A stretch of 32,000 bases of DNA from Prevotella melaninogenica (GCF_013267595.1 NZ_CP054011.1:540147-572146); one strand, 5' to 3'. Positions 17,935 to 26,045 are shown, numbered from the stretch's first letter. Made by a program: numbers and translations. Notes: a model not told the origin generated them from the letters alone.

Positions 17935-17990
17935 ATCCTCCGACACAGAATACCTTACCATTTTAACGCTTCGAAAATTTGGAGATAAGA

Positions 17991-18242
17991 CATTGAAAAG
18001 TCATGACATTATTTCGAATAAAACGTCTAAAATAAAGTGGAAAAACACGTATAAACAGCAAGATTGCAACCAACAGAAAATCAATTGGTTATGAAGTCGT
18101 ACAAGAAAAGGTGCTTGGTAAGGGTTCAAAAGGGCGTTAGTAAGACCTCAAAAGGGCACCTATTGCAAGTCAATCAGGCGTCTTTTCAAAGCCAAAAGAG
18201 CATATATCGATTTTGAGTCGTATGAAAATAGTTTACAAGTAT
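17991..18242 (+). repeat. ~250-bp noncoding repeat, copy P (inverted partner Q at 26717-26968)
   Basis: Shared colinear blocks with the reverse complement of 26717-26968: CATTGAAAAG, TAAAATAAAG, AAAAACACGTA, AACCAACAG, AAAGGGCGTTAGTAAGACCTCAAAAGGGC, GCGTCTTTT[C/G]AAAGCC, AAAAGAGCA, AAAATA[G/T]TTTACAA[G/A]TAT. Confidence 0.7.
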
Positions 18243-18453
18243 CGGTTAGTATAGGGATAAGTTGTTTGTAGAAGACAGAAAGATATGATAATGGGTAGAC
18301 ATAGTATTTATTATCTGGGGTGATAATCTTCGTCTTCTGCAGACGCTTGACACAATAAACCGCAGAAGTGTCCGTTACGATTATGATACCTTCGGTTCTC
18401 TGTCAGGGGCTGTATATGGTGACGGTAGTTGTCAGTGGCGTAACCCAGATGCA

Positions 18454-19692
18454 ATGGGTAACGTGTATGATAGCCCTGACCGAACGGACAGGAGTTATGG
18501 TCGTGGTGGACAGCTGCGTGAGGACAAGAAGTGGCGGTATTATTATGACAGCCATGGCAACCTTGTGCTGAAGACCATGCGCAGGTCGGGACCATCCCTT
18601 GATGCTGGGATGCGGGATGAGTTCCTTGCTTGGCAGAGTGGTGATTATGCCTATACGTGGCAGGGCAATGGTATGCTTAGGAGTGTAACACGGACGGACG
18701 GCAAAACCGTTACTTTTAGGTATGACGCTTTAGGCAGACGTATTGAGAAGGTCTTTGACGGACGAGTATATCGCTACCTCTGGGATGGTGATGTCATCCT
18801 GCACGAGTGGGACTATGCCGAAGCTGACCGTCCTAACACGGTTGTTACCGAGACTGGTGAGGTCACACTTGACAGCCCAGAACCTGTTGAGAATCTCATC
18901 ACGTGGGTTTACGACAGTGACAGCTATGTCCCTACAGCCAAGATAGTTGGTGACAGGCATTACAGCATCATCAGCGACTACATTGGTCGTCCTGTACAGG
19001 CATACGATGATAAAGGTAATGTTGTCTGGCAGGCAGACTATGATATCTATGGTAACGTCCGCAACATTCACCGCAGCAGGAACTTTATCCCCTTCCGCCA
19101 ATTAGGTCAGTATGAGGACGAGGAGACTGGACTGTATTACAACAGGTTTAGGTATTACGACCCAGGTTCGGGTACTTATATCAGTCAAGACCCAATTGGG
19201 TTGTTGGGAAGTAACCCAACACTGTATGTACATGTTAAAGATGTAAATACACAAGTAGACTCCTGGGGATTATTAAATGAATTTGGGATTGCTGGATATG
19301 GAACTTCACCACATATAAAAGATGGATTAAGTGCCCACGAATTATTACAAAATGCCTGGCTAAGAAATAATGGTGTCATTACAAGTAGAGCATCAGGAAT
19401 TGCAAAGAATAATCCTGCTATGGCACTACAAGAGAAAATGATGCATAAAATAATATCTAAATTACAGGCACAGTATGGATTACATAATCCAAATGTGTTA
19501 AAGAAACAAACAGCATTACAAAATATAAATAGAAACACAGCATTAACCAGAAGAGGTATTTATGAAGATCTCGTAAAAAATAGAGGTTGGGAACCTTATA
19601 ATGCTAAACAATTCGCAACAGAAAAAGCTATGAAGTTGAGGGAAGAAGCTATAGAGTTTGCGAAACAAAATGGTTTAATTAAATATAATTAA
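18454..19692 (+). CDS. orphan rhs C-terminal cassette 1 (5'-truncated Rhs core plus unassigned 139-aa toxin tip)
   Basis: Nucleotides 18314-19193 are colinear with 16046-16925 of the main rhs gene at a constant offset of 2268. The frame is open from 18292 and the first ATG is at 18454. The core ends at DSWGL, then a unique tip runs 19273-19689. Confidence 0.85.
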   Translation: MGNVYDSPDRTDRSYGRGGQLREDKKWRYYYDSHGNLVLKTMRRSGPSLDAGMRDEFLAWQSGDYAYTWQGNGMLRSVTRTDGKTVTFRYDALGRRIEKVFDGRVYRYLWDGDVILHEWDYAEADRPNTVVTETGEVTLDSPEPVENLITWVYDSDSYVPTAKIVGDRHYSIISDYIGRPVQAYDDKGNVVWQADYDIYGNVRNIHRSRNFIPFRQLGQYEDEETGLYYNRFRYYDPGSGTYISQDPIGLLGSNPTLYVHVKDVNTQVDSWGLLNEFGIAGYGTSPHIKDGLSAHELLQNAWLRNNGVITSRASGIAKNNPAMALQEKMMHKIISKLQAQYGLHNPNVLKKQTALQNINRNTALTRRGIYEDLVKNRGWEPYNAKQFATEKAMKLREEAIEFAKQNGLIKYN

Positions 19693-19694
19693 TT

Positions 19695-20252
19695 ATGAAC
19701 AAAGTCGCCAAAATCAGTTTAGACTCATCATCCACAGAAATAGGTAGAATAGGAGGAAATATACCGACTTGTTTTCTGGAGAAAAAGGAAAATATAGAGG
19801 GATTTAAATTTTATATGACAATTCAAAATCCTGATAATTCAGACGAATATATATCTATCTTTGTACCAGATAGCTACGATACAATGGTGGATGAAAATAT
19901 TTATCCCAATTGTTCAATAAAGGTTTTTACCCATTCGTTTTCTGTAGAGAGTAGTAATAACTTTTATACATTGAAAGAGCTTCATAAATCATCCCTTATG
20001 GGATACAAAGAAGTAGAAAATGAGGAATTTGATTTTGTCACAAAAACTCAGCATCCTCAGTTAATCCAGTATGAGGATTATTATTTAAAAAAATTAGATG
20101 AAGATGGGTTCACATTCTATTTGCAAATCGATGAAGATTATTATCCGGAAAATCTTCTTTCTGGGAATTATATATTGGGGTATGGTGCACTATATTTATA
20201 CAAACATAAAATCACAGGTAATATAATAGTTGGCTTTTGGCAATATTCATAA
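19695..20252 (+). CDS. candidate immunity protein for cassette 1 (DUF1963/YwqG-like pattern, tentative)
   Basis: Starts 2 nt after the cassette-1 stop. 185 aa. IGRIGGNIP...FKFYMTIQ...HPQLIQYED...FTFYLQIDEDYY...GYGALYLY resembles the DUF1963 pattern as I remember it. Confidence 0.6.
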   Translation: MNKVAKISLDSSSTEIGRIGGNIPTCFLEKKENIEGFKFYMTIQNPDNSDEYISIFVPDSYDTMVDENIYPNCSIKVFTHSFSVESSNNFYTLKELHKSSLMGYKEVENEEFDFVTKTQHPQLIQYEDYYLKKLDEDGFTFYLQIDEDYYPENLLSGNYILGYGALYLYKHKITGNIIVGFWQYS

Positions 20253-20360
20253 TTCGTTTTAACGCTATGTGTAAAAGAATGATGTCTCCTAATAACAACA
20301 CTGCCACATTTAACTACAAAACATTTAATCTGATGAGTCGAGAAGGTCTTTGACGGACGT

Positions 20361-21248
20361 GTGTATCGCTACCTTTGGGATGGTGATGTCATCCTGCACG
20401 AGTGGGACTATGCCAAAGCTGACCGCCCGAACACGATTGTTACCGAGACTGGTGAGGTCACACTCGATAGGCCTGAACCAGTTGAGAATCTCATCACGTG
20501 GGTTTACGACAGTGACAGCTATGTCCCTACAGCCAAGATAGTTGGTGACAGGCATTACAGTATCATCAGTGACTACATCGGTCGTCCCGTCCAAGCATAC
20601 GATGACAAAGGTAATGTCGTTTGGCAGGCAGAATATGACATCTATGGCAACCTCCGTAATCTCCATGGCAGCAAGAAGTTTATTCCTTTCCGTCAGTTAG
20701 GTCAGTATGAGGAAGAGGAGACTGGTCTGTATTACAACAGGTTTAGGTATTATGACCCAAGGATTGGTAATTATATCAGCCAAGATCCGATAAGGTTGGC
20801 AGGAGGAAACCCTACGATTTACGGATACGTTAAAGATTTAAATTCGTGGGTGGATTCTTTTGGGCTAGAAAATATTATTTTTACATCTTCTGACGGATTT
20901 ACTTTGGAAGTTAGAAATGTGCAAGATTTAAGTCATTTATCAAATCGTGAAATACTAGATATCTATCATGCCAATAATAATCCAAAAGGATATGGGAAAT
21001 CTCCCAAACATGCAAATGGCGATACAATTATTTTGCATCATCAAAATCAAAATCATTTAGGGCCAGTGATAGAGATGCCAAATAGTGGTCATGTTCGAGG
21101 TCTTGGAAATAAAAAGATGCATCCATATTTTCCAAATCCACATCCAACTAATCCTGTAGATAGAGACGTATTCAACAATTGGAAAAAAGAATATTGGAAA
21201 TACCGAGCAGAAACTGAGATTAAGAAAAGAGGTTTATCTTATAATTAA
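20361..21248 (+). CDS. orphan rhs C-terminal cassette 2 (short core fragment plus HNH/EndoVII-fold, LHH-like nuclease tip)
   Basis: 20340-20804 is colinear with 16477-16941 at offset 3863. The frame opens at 20337 just after TGATGA. The ORF-track start is a GTG. The core ends at DSFGL. The tip (20868-21245) contains GDTIILHHQNQNHLGPVIEMPNSGH. Confidence 0.8.
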   Translation: MYRYLWDGDVILHEWDYAKADRPNTIVTETGEVTLDRPEPVENLITWVYDSDSYVPTAKIVGDRHYSIISDYIGRPVQAYDDKGNVVWQAEYDIYGNLRNLHGSKKFIPFRQLGQYEEEETGLYYNRFRYYDPRIGNYISQDPIRLAGGNPTIYGYVKDLNSWVDSFGLENIIFTSSDGFTLEVRNVQDLSHLSNREILDIYHANNNPKGYGKSPKHANGDTIILHHQNQNHLGPVIEMPNSGHVRGLGNKKMHPYFPNPHPTNPVDRDVFNNWKKEYWKYRAETEIKKRGLSYN

Positions 21249-21258
21249 AAGTATTTTT

Positions 21259-21678
21259 ATGAAAACAGAGTTAATTGAAAGAATAAATAGTTACTTAAAC
21301 AAGTATCAATCATTCAATCCACAACCGGCAAATGATAAAGATATTAAACAAGCAGAGGTAATGTTAAATGTAGTCTTTGATTCAGATTATAAGCAATTCA
21401 TAAAAACCTTTGGGGGATGCTATGTTGGGGTGGATATTTATGGAATCAGAAGTTCAAATGACTTAAAAGAGAAGACAGTTGTTGATCTAACTAAGTTATA
21501 CAAAGAAGCTGGTTGGGCTATTGCAGATGATTGTTATATTATTTCATTTGATTCATCAGGCAATCCAATCATGATGAATAAATCGGGAGAGGTTGTTCTT
21601 TTTGATCATGACAACGGAGACTCTGTTATTTTAGCAAACTCTTTTGAGGAATTAATTGAAGACAATCTTCCTGATTAA
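21259..21678 (+). CDS. SMI1/KNR4 (SUKH-1) family immunity protein
   Basis: 139 aa, 10 nt downstream of cassette 2. Characteristic SUKH pattern: ...IKQAEVMLNVVFDSDYKQFIKTFGG... Confidence 0.8.
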   Translation: MKTELIERINSYLNKYQSFNPQPANDKDIKQAEVMLNVVFDSDYKQFIKTFGGCYVGVDIYGIRSSNDLKEKTVVDLTKLYKEAGWAIADDCYIISFDSSGNPIMMNKSGEVVLFDHDNGDSVILANSFEELIEDNLPD

Positions 21679-21901
21679 AATAAGATTACAGGCGACATTG
21701 CTATTAGAGTAGGAGACTTTCGCATATACCTATCAAGATTATAACCAACGGAGAGATTTTCGTCTTCGTTTCCTACAACCTCGATATACCCTGCAGGCAT
21801 TTAATAACAATGGCAAAAAGGGATGAGAGTAGGAACTTGACGCATTCGGCAGAAAGAGGAAAGGCAACAATAATTCCTCCTTCATTCCATTTAAATATTA
21901 G

Positions 21902-22252
21902 GGTCAGTATGAGGATGAGGAGACTGGGCTGTATTACAACAGGTTCAGGTATTACAATCCAAAGATTGGTAATTATATCAGCCAAGACCCTATAAGGTTG
22001 GCAGGAGGAAGCCCTACGCTGTATGGTTATGTTAGAGATGTTAATATAGGACAGGATATATATGGGCTTGATATCTCCTATAAAGGTGATGTTTTACCAT
22101 ATCAAATAAGATATAATCCAACTTGCCCAGGTCGGCCCGATCCTAGGTATTCAATTACTACTACTTTTGATGGTGGAACACCTACAGCAAAAGGAGGGTT
22201 GATAGACAATAAACAATTTTGGAAAAAATGGGAAAACTTAACCCAAGTTTAA
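21902..22252 (+). pseudogene. orphan rhs C-terminal cassette 3, lacking a start and truncated at its 3' end by IS insertion
   Basis: 21902-22006 is colinear with 16837-16941 at offset 5065 (GQYEDEETGLYYNRFRYYNPKIGNYISQDPIRLAGG). A TAG lies immediately upstream at 21899-21901. A unique tip starts after IYGL at 22070. The reading frame runs into the IS inverted repeat at 22237 and stops inside it. Confidence 0.8.
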
Positions 22253-24350
22253 CCGGCAAAATTATTTTTCATAAATTTTCGGGATGTTTTGTGTAGTATC
22301 AATTTGATAAATGATTGATAATCAAGTATAGGGTATTGTAACGAGGAGTAAAATCTGATTTGTAGGACACAGCCATATCAAAAATATTTTGTTACTTTGC
22401 ACTCATGCACGCAAATGTACAGACACGATTCAACCCTGCCACAGGCGACATGGCTCCTTATTATCGCATCAAGGAGTCATATCGTGACGTGCAGGGTCAT
22501 GTACATTCGCTAATTCTGTTGAACATAGGTTTTGAACCTTCACTTACTGCTGTACAGGTTCGAAAAATTGCATACGCTCTTACCGAACGCTTCAAAACCA
22601 GAAGTACACCCTCGCTTTTCAAAGAACGCCTTGAGGGACTTACTCCTATTGAACAGGCAAAGGCTGACGAATGGTGGAGCCGTATGGAGAAAGAAGGTGG
22701 AATCGATCGGTTTAATAAGGAAGAGCAGAAGTCGCTGAGAAAATATGAGAACTACATTGACCTCGAGACGGCAAACTATACTGACGCAAGGAATGTTGGT
22801 GCAGAGTGGCTCTGCAAGCAGACGATAGACAAGCTGCAGTTAGAGGGTTTTCTGCGCAAAAACGGCTGGACGGAGAATGCGATACACACGGCTTTGTCAG
22901 CATTGATTGTTCGCACGGTATATGCAGTCTCTGAACGTTCATCTTATTATTATTTGCGCGATAACTCAGCTGCTGGCGAACTTTACAGTGGAGTTCCTGG
23001 CTGGACACCAGGGATCAATTCTCTGTATAAAATCACCGACAAGTTATATGAACTAAAGGAACAGTTAGAGCGTCATCTGTGCAGCGTTACTGACGATCTC
23101 TTTAATATAGACAACAAGTTGATGCTCTTCGACTTAACCAACTTCTATTTCGAGGGTAGTAAGCGTAATAGCGATAAAGCCAAGTTCGGTCGTTCAAAAG
23201 AAAAACGCTCTGACTGTAAGCTACTTGTACTTGCATTATGTATCAATAAAGAAGGTTTTATACGTTATTCTTCTATCTTGGAGGGTAATACAGCAGATCC
23301 CAAGTCTCTACCCAATATGATTGATACGCTGGCAAAGAGGAATCCATCACGAACCAAGGATACGCTCGTTATCATGGATGCAGGTGTTGCCACGGAAGAG
23401 AACTTGGAGTTAATAAAGAAAAAGGGTTACAATTATCTCTGCGTATCTCGTACGAAAATGAAAGACTATACGCTCAGTGATGATAACAAGAGCGTTACAG
23501 TAATGGATGCCCGTCGGCAGAAGATAACGCTGAAAGAGGTTAAGACAGAGGATGATGAGGATTATTATCTCGAAATAACATCTCCTTCGAAAGCTATGAC
23601 AGAGTCGTCCATGAACAGGGTTTGGAGAGAGCGTTTTAAGATGGACCTGCAGAGGATAAACGAAGGAATCTCCAAGAAAGGTGGAACGAAAACCTATGAA
23701 AAGGTTGTTGAACGTACAGGACGTGCCATACAGAAGTACCCTTCTATAGCGAAGTTCTACCAGATAAGCTACATAAAAAATGAGAAGAAACCCAAGGAGA
23801 TGCTACGTGTAGACTGGGAGATAAAAGACCTCTCGGCAATGGAATCTGGTCACGGAGTCTATTTCCTCCGCAGCAATGTCAGGACACTTTCTGAGCGTGT
23901 GACATGGGAATACTACAATCTCATTCGTGAAATAGAATGTACGAACAGACAACTAAAGAATGATCTCAACCTCCGTCCTATCTATCATCAGAAAGATGAG
24001 CGAAGCGACGCACACCTCTTCTTCGGTTTATTAGCCTACTGGGTGGTAAACACTATCCGTTGTCAATTAAAACGAGAAGGAGAATCCTGTTACTGGACCG
24101 AGATAGTACGACGTATGAGTACCCAAAAGCTCGTCACCACAAAAGGGAAGAATCCATTAGGTGAGAACACCGAGATGCGCCAATGTAGTAGTCCTTCAAA
24201 GCAAGCAAAACAGATATACGATAAGTTGAACTTAAAACACTCACCATTCAAAAAGAATAAAATTTGTAGGACACAGAGCCCATAAGAAAAATGAGGAAAG
24301 TACGGTAACAGTAACAATTAGGCGAAGCTGGGTGTTAAACTTGGGCTAAG
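22237..24350 (+). mobile_element. IS1634-family (IS4 superfamily) insertion sequence, copy 1, ~2.1 kb
   Basis: Imperfect 17-bp terminal inverted repeats: CTTAACCCAAGTTTAAC (22237-22253) and GTTAAACTTGGGCTAAG (24334-24350). One long transposase ORF. A near-identical copy starts at 30821 in the opposite orientation. No flanking target-site duplication is visible. Confidence 0.85.
22405..24285 (+). CDS. IS1634-family DDE transposase
   Basis: 626 aa. The N-terminal ...APYYRIKESYRDVQGHVHSLILLNIGF resembles the conserved N-terminus of IS1634-group transposases (...SLVESYR...G..RQ...LG). Confidence 0.85.
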   Translation: MHANVQTRFNPATGDMAPYYRIKESYRDVQGHVHSLILLNIGFEPSLTAVQVRKIAYALTERFKTRSTPSLFKERLEGLTPIEQAKADEWWSRMEKEGGIDRFNKEEQKSLRKYENYIDLETANYTDARNVGAEWLCKQTIDKLQLEGFLRKNGWTENAIHTALSALIVRTVYAVSERSSYYYLRDNSAAGELYSGVPGWTPGINSLYKITDKLYELKEQLERHLCSVTDDLFNIDNKLMLFDLTNFYFEGSKRNSDKAKFGRSKEKRSDCKLLVLALCINKEGFIRYSSILEGNTADPKSLPNMIDTLAKRNPSRTKDTLVIMDAGVATEENLELIKKKGYNYLCVSRTKMKDYTLSDDNKSVTVMDARRQKITLKEVKTEDDEDYYLEITSPSKAMTESSMNRVWRERFKMDLQRINEGISKKGGTKTYEKVVERTGRAIQKYPSIAKFYQISYIKNEKKPKEMLRVDWEIKDLSAMESGHGVYFLRSNVRTLSERVTWEYYNLIREIECTNRQLKNDLNLRPIYHQKDERSDAHLFFGLLAYWVVNTIRCQLKREGESCYWTEIVRRMSTQKLVTTKGKNPLGENTEMRQCSSPSKQAKQIYDKLNLKHSPFKKNKICRTQSP

Positions 24351-24406
24351 TGTTATAAGAGGAATATTCGCAAGGATATTCCTCTTTTTATTTTGATTAT
24401 CAATGT
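24351..24406. repeat. right copy of the ~56-bp direct repeat (partner 8479-8534), including a second copy of the terminator hairpin
   Basis: Begins exactly at the outer end of IS1634 copy 1. See the feature at 8479-8534 for the alignment. Confidence 0.8.
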
Positions 24407-24712
24407 GATATAGCGTTATAAATTATATTTTTAATGGGTTAGTCCTAAAACCCAGTTGCAAGCCTATCCTCTTAAGCACACAATTTCATAAGTCTATATA
24501 AAAATATTGGTGTCCGATAAAACTTTTTTGGAGTTATCTGTGTTAGTTAAAATAGACTTAAACTTATGATTTCATTAATTTATCTGGTTATTATAGGGCT
24601 TTCCTTGTCAATATAAGCACATTTTATAATGCTTACAGTTTGAAACTGAAAACCAAGCCCCCTGGATAAGTAAAACGGCTGTAACACCGATGAGTAAAGA
24701 GATACAGAGCTT

Positions 24713-25585
24713 TCATTTTATTTTTACCGGACAGCAATAATATAAAAAGAAAGGAATATCTGTCACTCCTCTGAACTGTGCCCTGAATGCCTTAACTTTA
24801 GCATTGAATGACTCGGCATTTGCATTCGTAGCTCTGTTTACAAAGAAATTGAGTATGGTTTGATAATGATTTTCAAACGTGTCAATCACTGTGTAGAAAT
24901 TGTCCACTCCTAATTCTTCTACCTCATTAAACCATTTTGCTAACTTCAGCCTTGCGGCATCCTTGATGCTCTTGATGTTATAAATATCGGTAAGTTTCAT
25001 AGCCAAATCATACGCCTTTTTCAGTGTTGGATAATGTTCAAAGATGATTTGTGCTCTGTCTTTCTGTGTTTCAGTCCACTTACTCTTGTGCTTGGTCAAT
25101 ATGAACTTTGCTCTGGCGAGCAACTGCTTACGCGTGTCACCATTGCTGTATCTAAATGGTATATATTCCTTTCCCTTGCTTTTAGCTTCTTTTATCTCCT
25201 CGTTCTCTTTATCTCTTGCCATCCATCGGTAAGCAATACGCATGTCATCCAGAGCATCATAAAATAGTTTCTGTACATGAAACCTATCATTGGTAATAAG
25301 TGCTTTGGGAAAAACGGCACGGGCTATGCGCATCATAGAAGATGACAAGTCGAGTGTTATCTCCTTGACTGTCTTCCGTTTAGAAAGGTTTATCTTCTTG
25401 AGAACCTGAATAACATCCTCTGCTTTGGTCCCTTTAACCACAGCTATCAAAGTCCCTTTTCTGCCCTTTCCCGCCTTGTTGGTCAGAAAAGTATAAACCT
25501 CGCCACTGCTTAGACAGGTCTCATCGATACTTAGATTCTCACCTATGTTATCTTCAAACAATAGCCAGTCTTGAGCATGATCCAA
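24713..25585 (-). CDS. ISL3/ISAon1-like transposase, catalytic ORF (+1 frame relative to the N-terminal ORF)
   Basis: The ORF track gives 290 aa from a TTG start. The same frame is open up to 25708 and there encodes KNRIESTAESIASIGAHYGVNGKLLSTQYKEYFSDYRSW. Contains IDETCLSSGE...LITNDRFHVQK, typical of ISL3-type DDE transposases. Confidence 0.8.
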   Translation of the reverse strand: MDHAQDWLLFEDNIGENLSIDETCLSSGEVYTFLTNKAGKGRKGTLIAVVKGTKAEDVIQVLKKINLSKRKTVKEITLDLSSSMMRIARAVFPKALITNDRFHVQKLFYDALDDMRIAYRWMARDKENEEIKEAKSKGKEYIPFRYSNGDTRKQLLARAKFILTKHKSKWTETQKDRAQIIFEHYPTLKKAYDLAMKLTDIYNIKSIKDAARLKLAKWFNEVEELGVDNFYTVIDTFENHYQTILNFFVNRATNANAESFNAKVKAFRAQFRGVTDIPFFLYYCCPVKIK

Positions 25586-25700
25586 CTGATCCCAGCTACG
25601 GTAATCACTGAAATATTCCTTGTACTGTGTGGATAACAGCTTACCATTTACGCCATAGTGCGCACCGATACTTGCGATGCTCTCTGCAGTGGACTCAATT

Positions 25701-26045
25701 CTATTCTTTTAAAAAAGAAACGAACTCGGGGGATAATTTACTGCCCTCGGCCGTCAAGTCATCATATGAATAAGTAAATATCTCTCCGTTGGAACTGTCA
25801 CGCCACTTGCGACGGCGAACATGGAGGTAAACTGCTTTGCCACGGAGGGGGAAGTCCTGAATTACACGCTCGCTGGTAAAACCATAACTGCTTACAGTGC
25901 CTAACTTATGGTCTGACTTTTCCATAAAGTTACGCTCGTCAAGCCAAAAGTCAAACTGGCAAGCACTCTCTTGAATATCGACAACATCAAAGTAGTCGGC
26001 AAGTACATCTGGAAATATGCAACGTAATAATTGGTGACTCTTCAT
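25701..26045 (-). CDS. ISL3/ISAon1-like transposase, N-terminal ORF
   Basis: 114 aa. ...VIQDFPLRGKAVYLHVRRRKWRD... is typical of the N-terminal region of this transposase group. Ends at TAG within ...TTT TTA AAA GAA TAG. Confidence 0.8.
   Translation of the reverse strand: MKSHQLLRCIFPDVLADYFDVVDIQESACQFDFWLDERNFMEKSDHKLGTVSSYGFTSERVIQDFPLRGKAVYLHVRRRKWRDSSNGEIFTYSYDDLTAEGSKLSPEFVSFLKE

Noticed and set aside
21773-21995. ORFs 21773-21985 (minus) and 21810-21995 (plus) in the spacer before cassette 3.
   Set aside because: They overlap each other and run into the conserved Rhs-core fragment in the wrong frame. No motif or coupling signal supports them.
16046-22252. A site-specific inversion (shufflon-like) mechanism for switching Rhs tips.
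   Set aside because: All cassettes are in direct orientation, no invertase or recombinase gene is present, and no short inverted crossover sites flank them. Homologous recombination and deletion is the simpler model.
24090-24317. A 75-aa ORF antisense to the transposase 3' end, conserved in both IS1634 copies (also at 30854-31081).
   Set aside because: Its conservation simply reflects near-identical IS copies. It overlaps the transposase gene and the IS end, and nothing independent supports it as coding.
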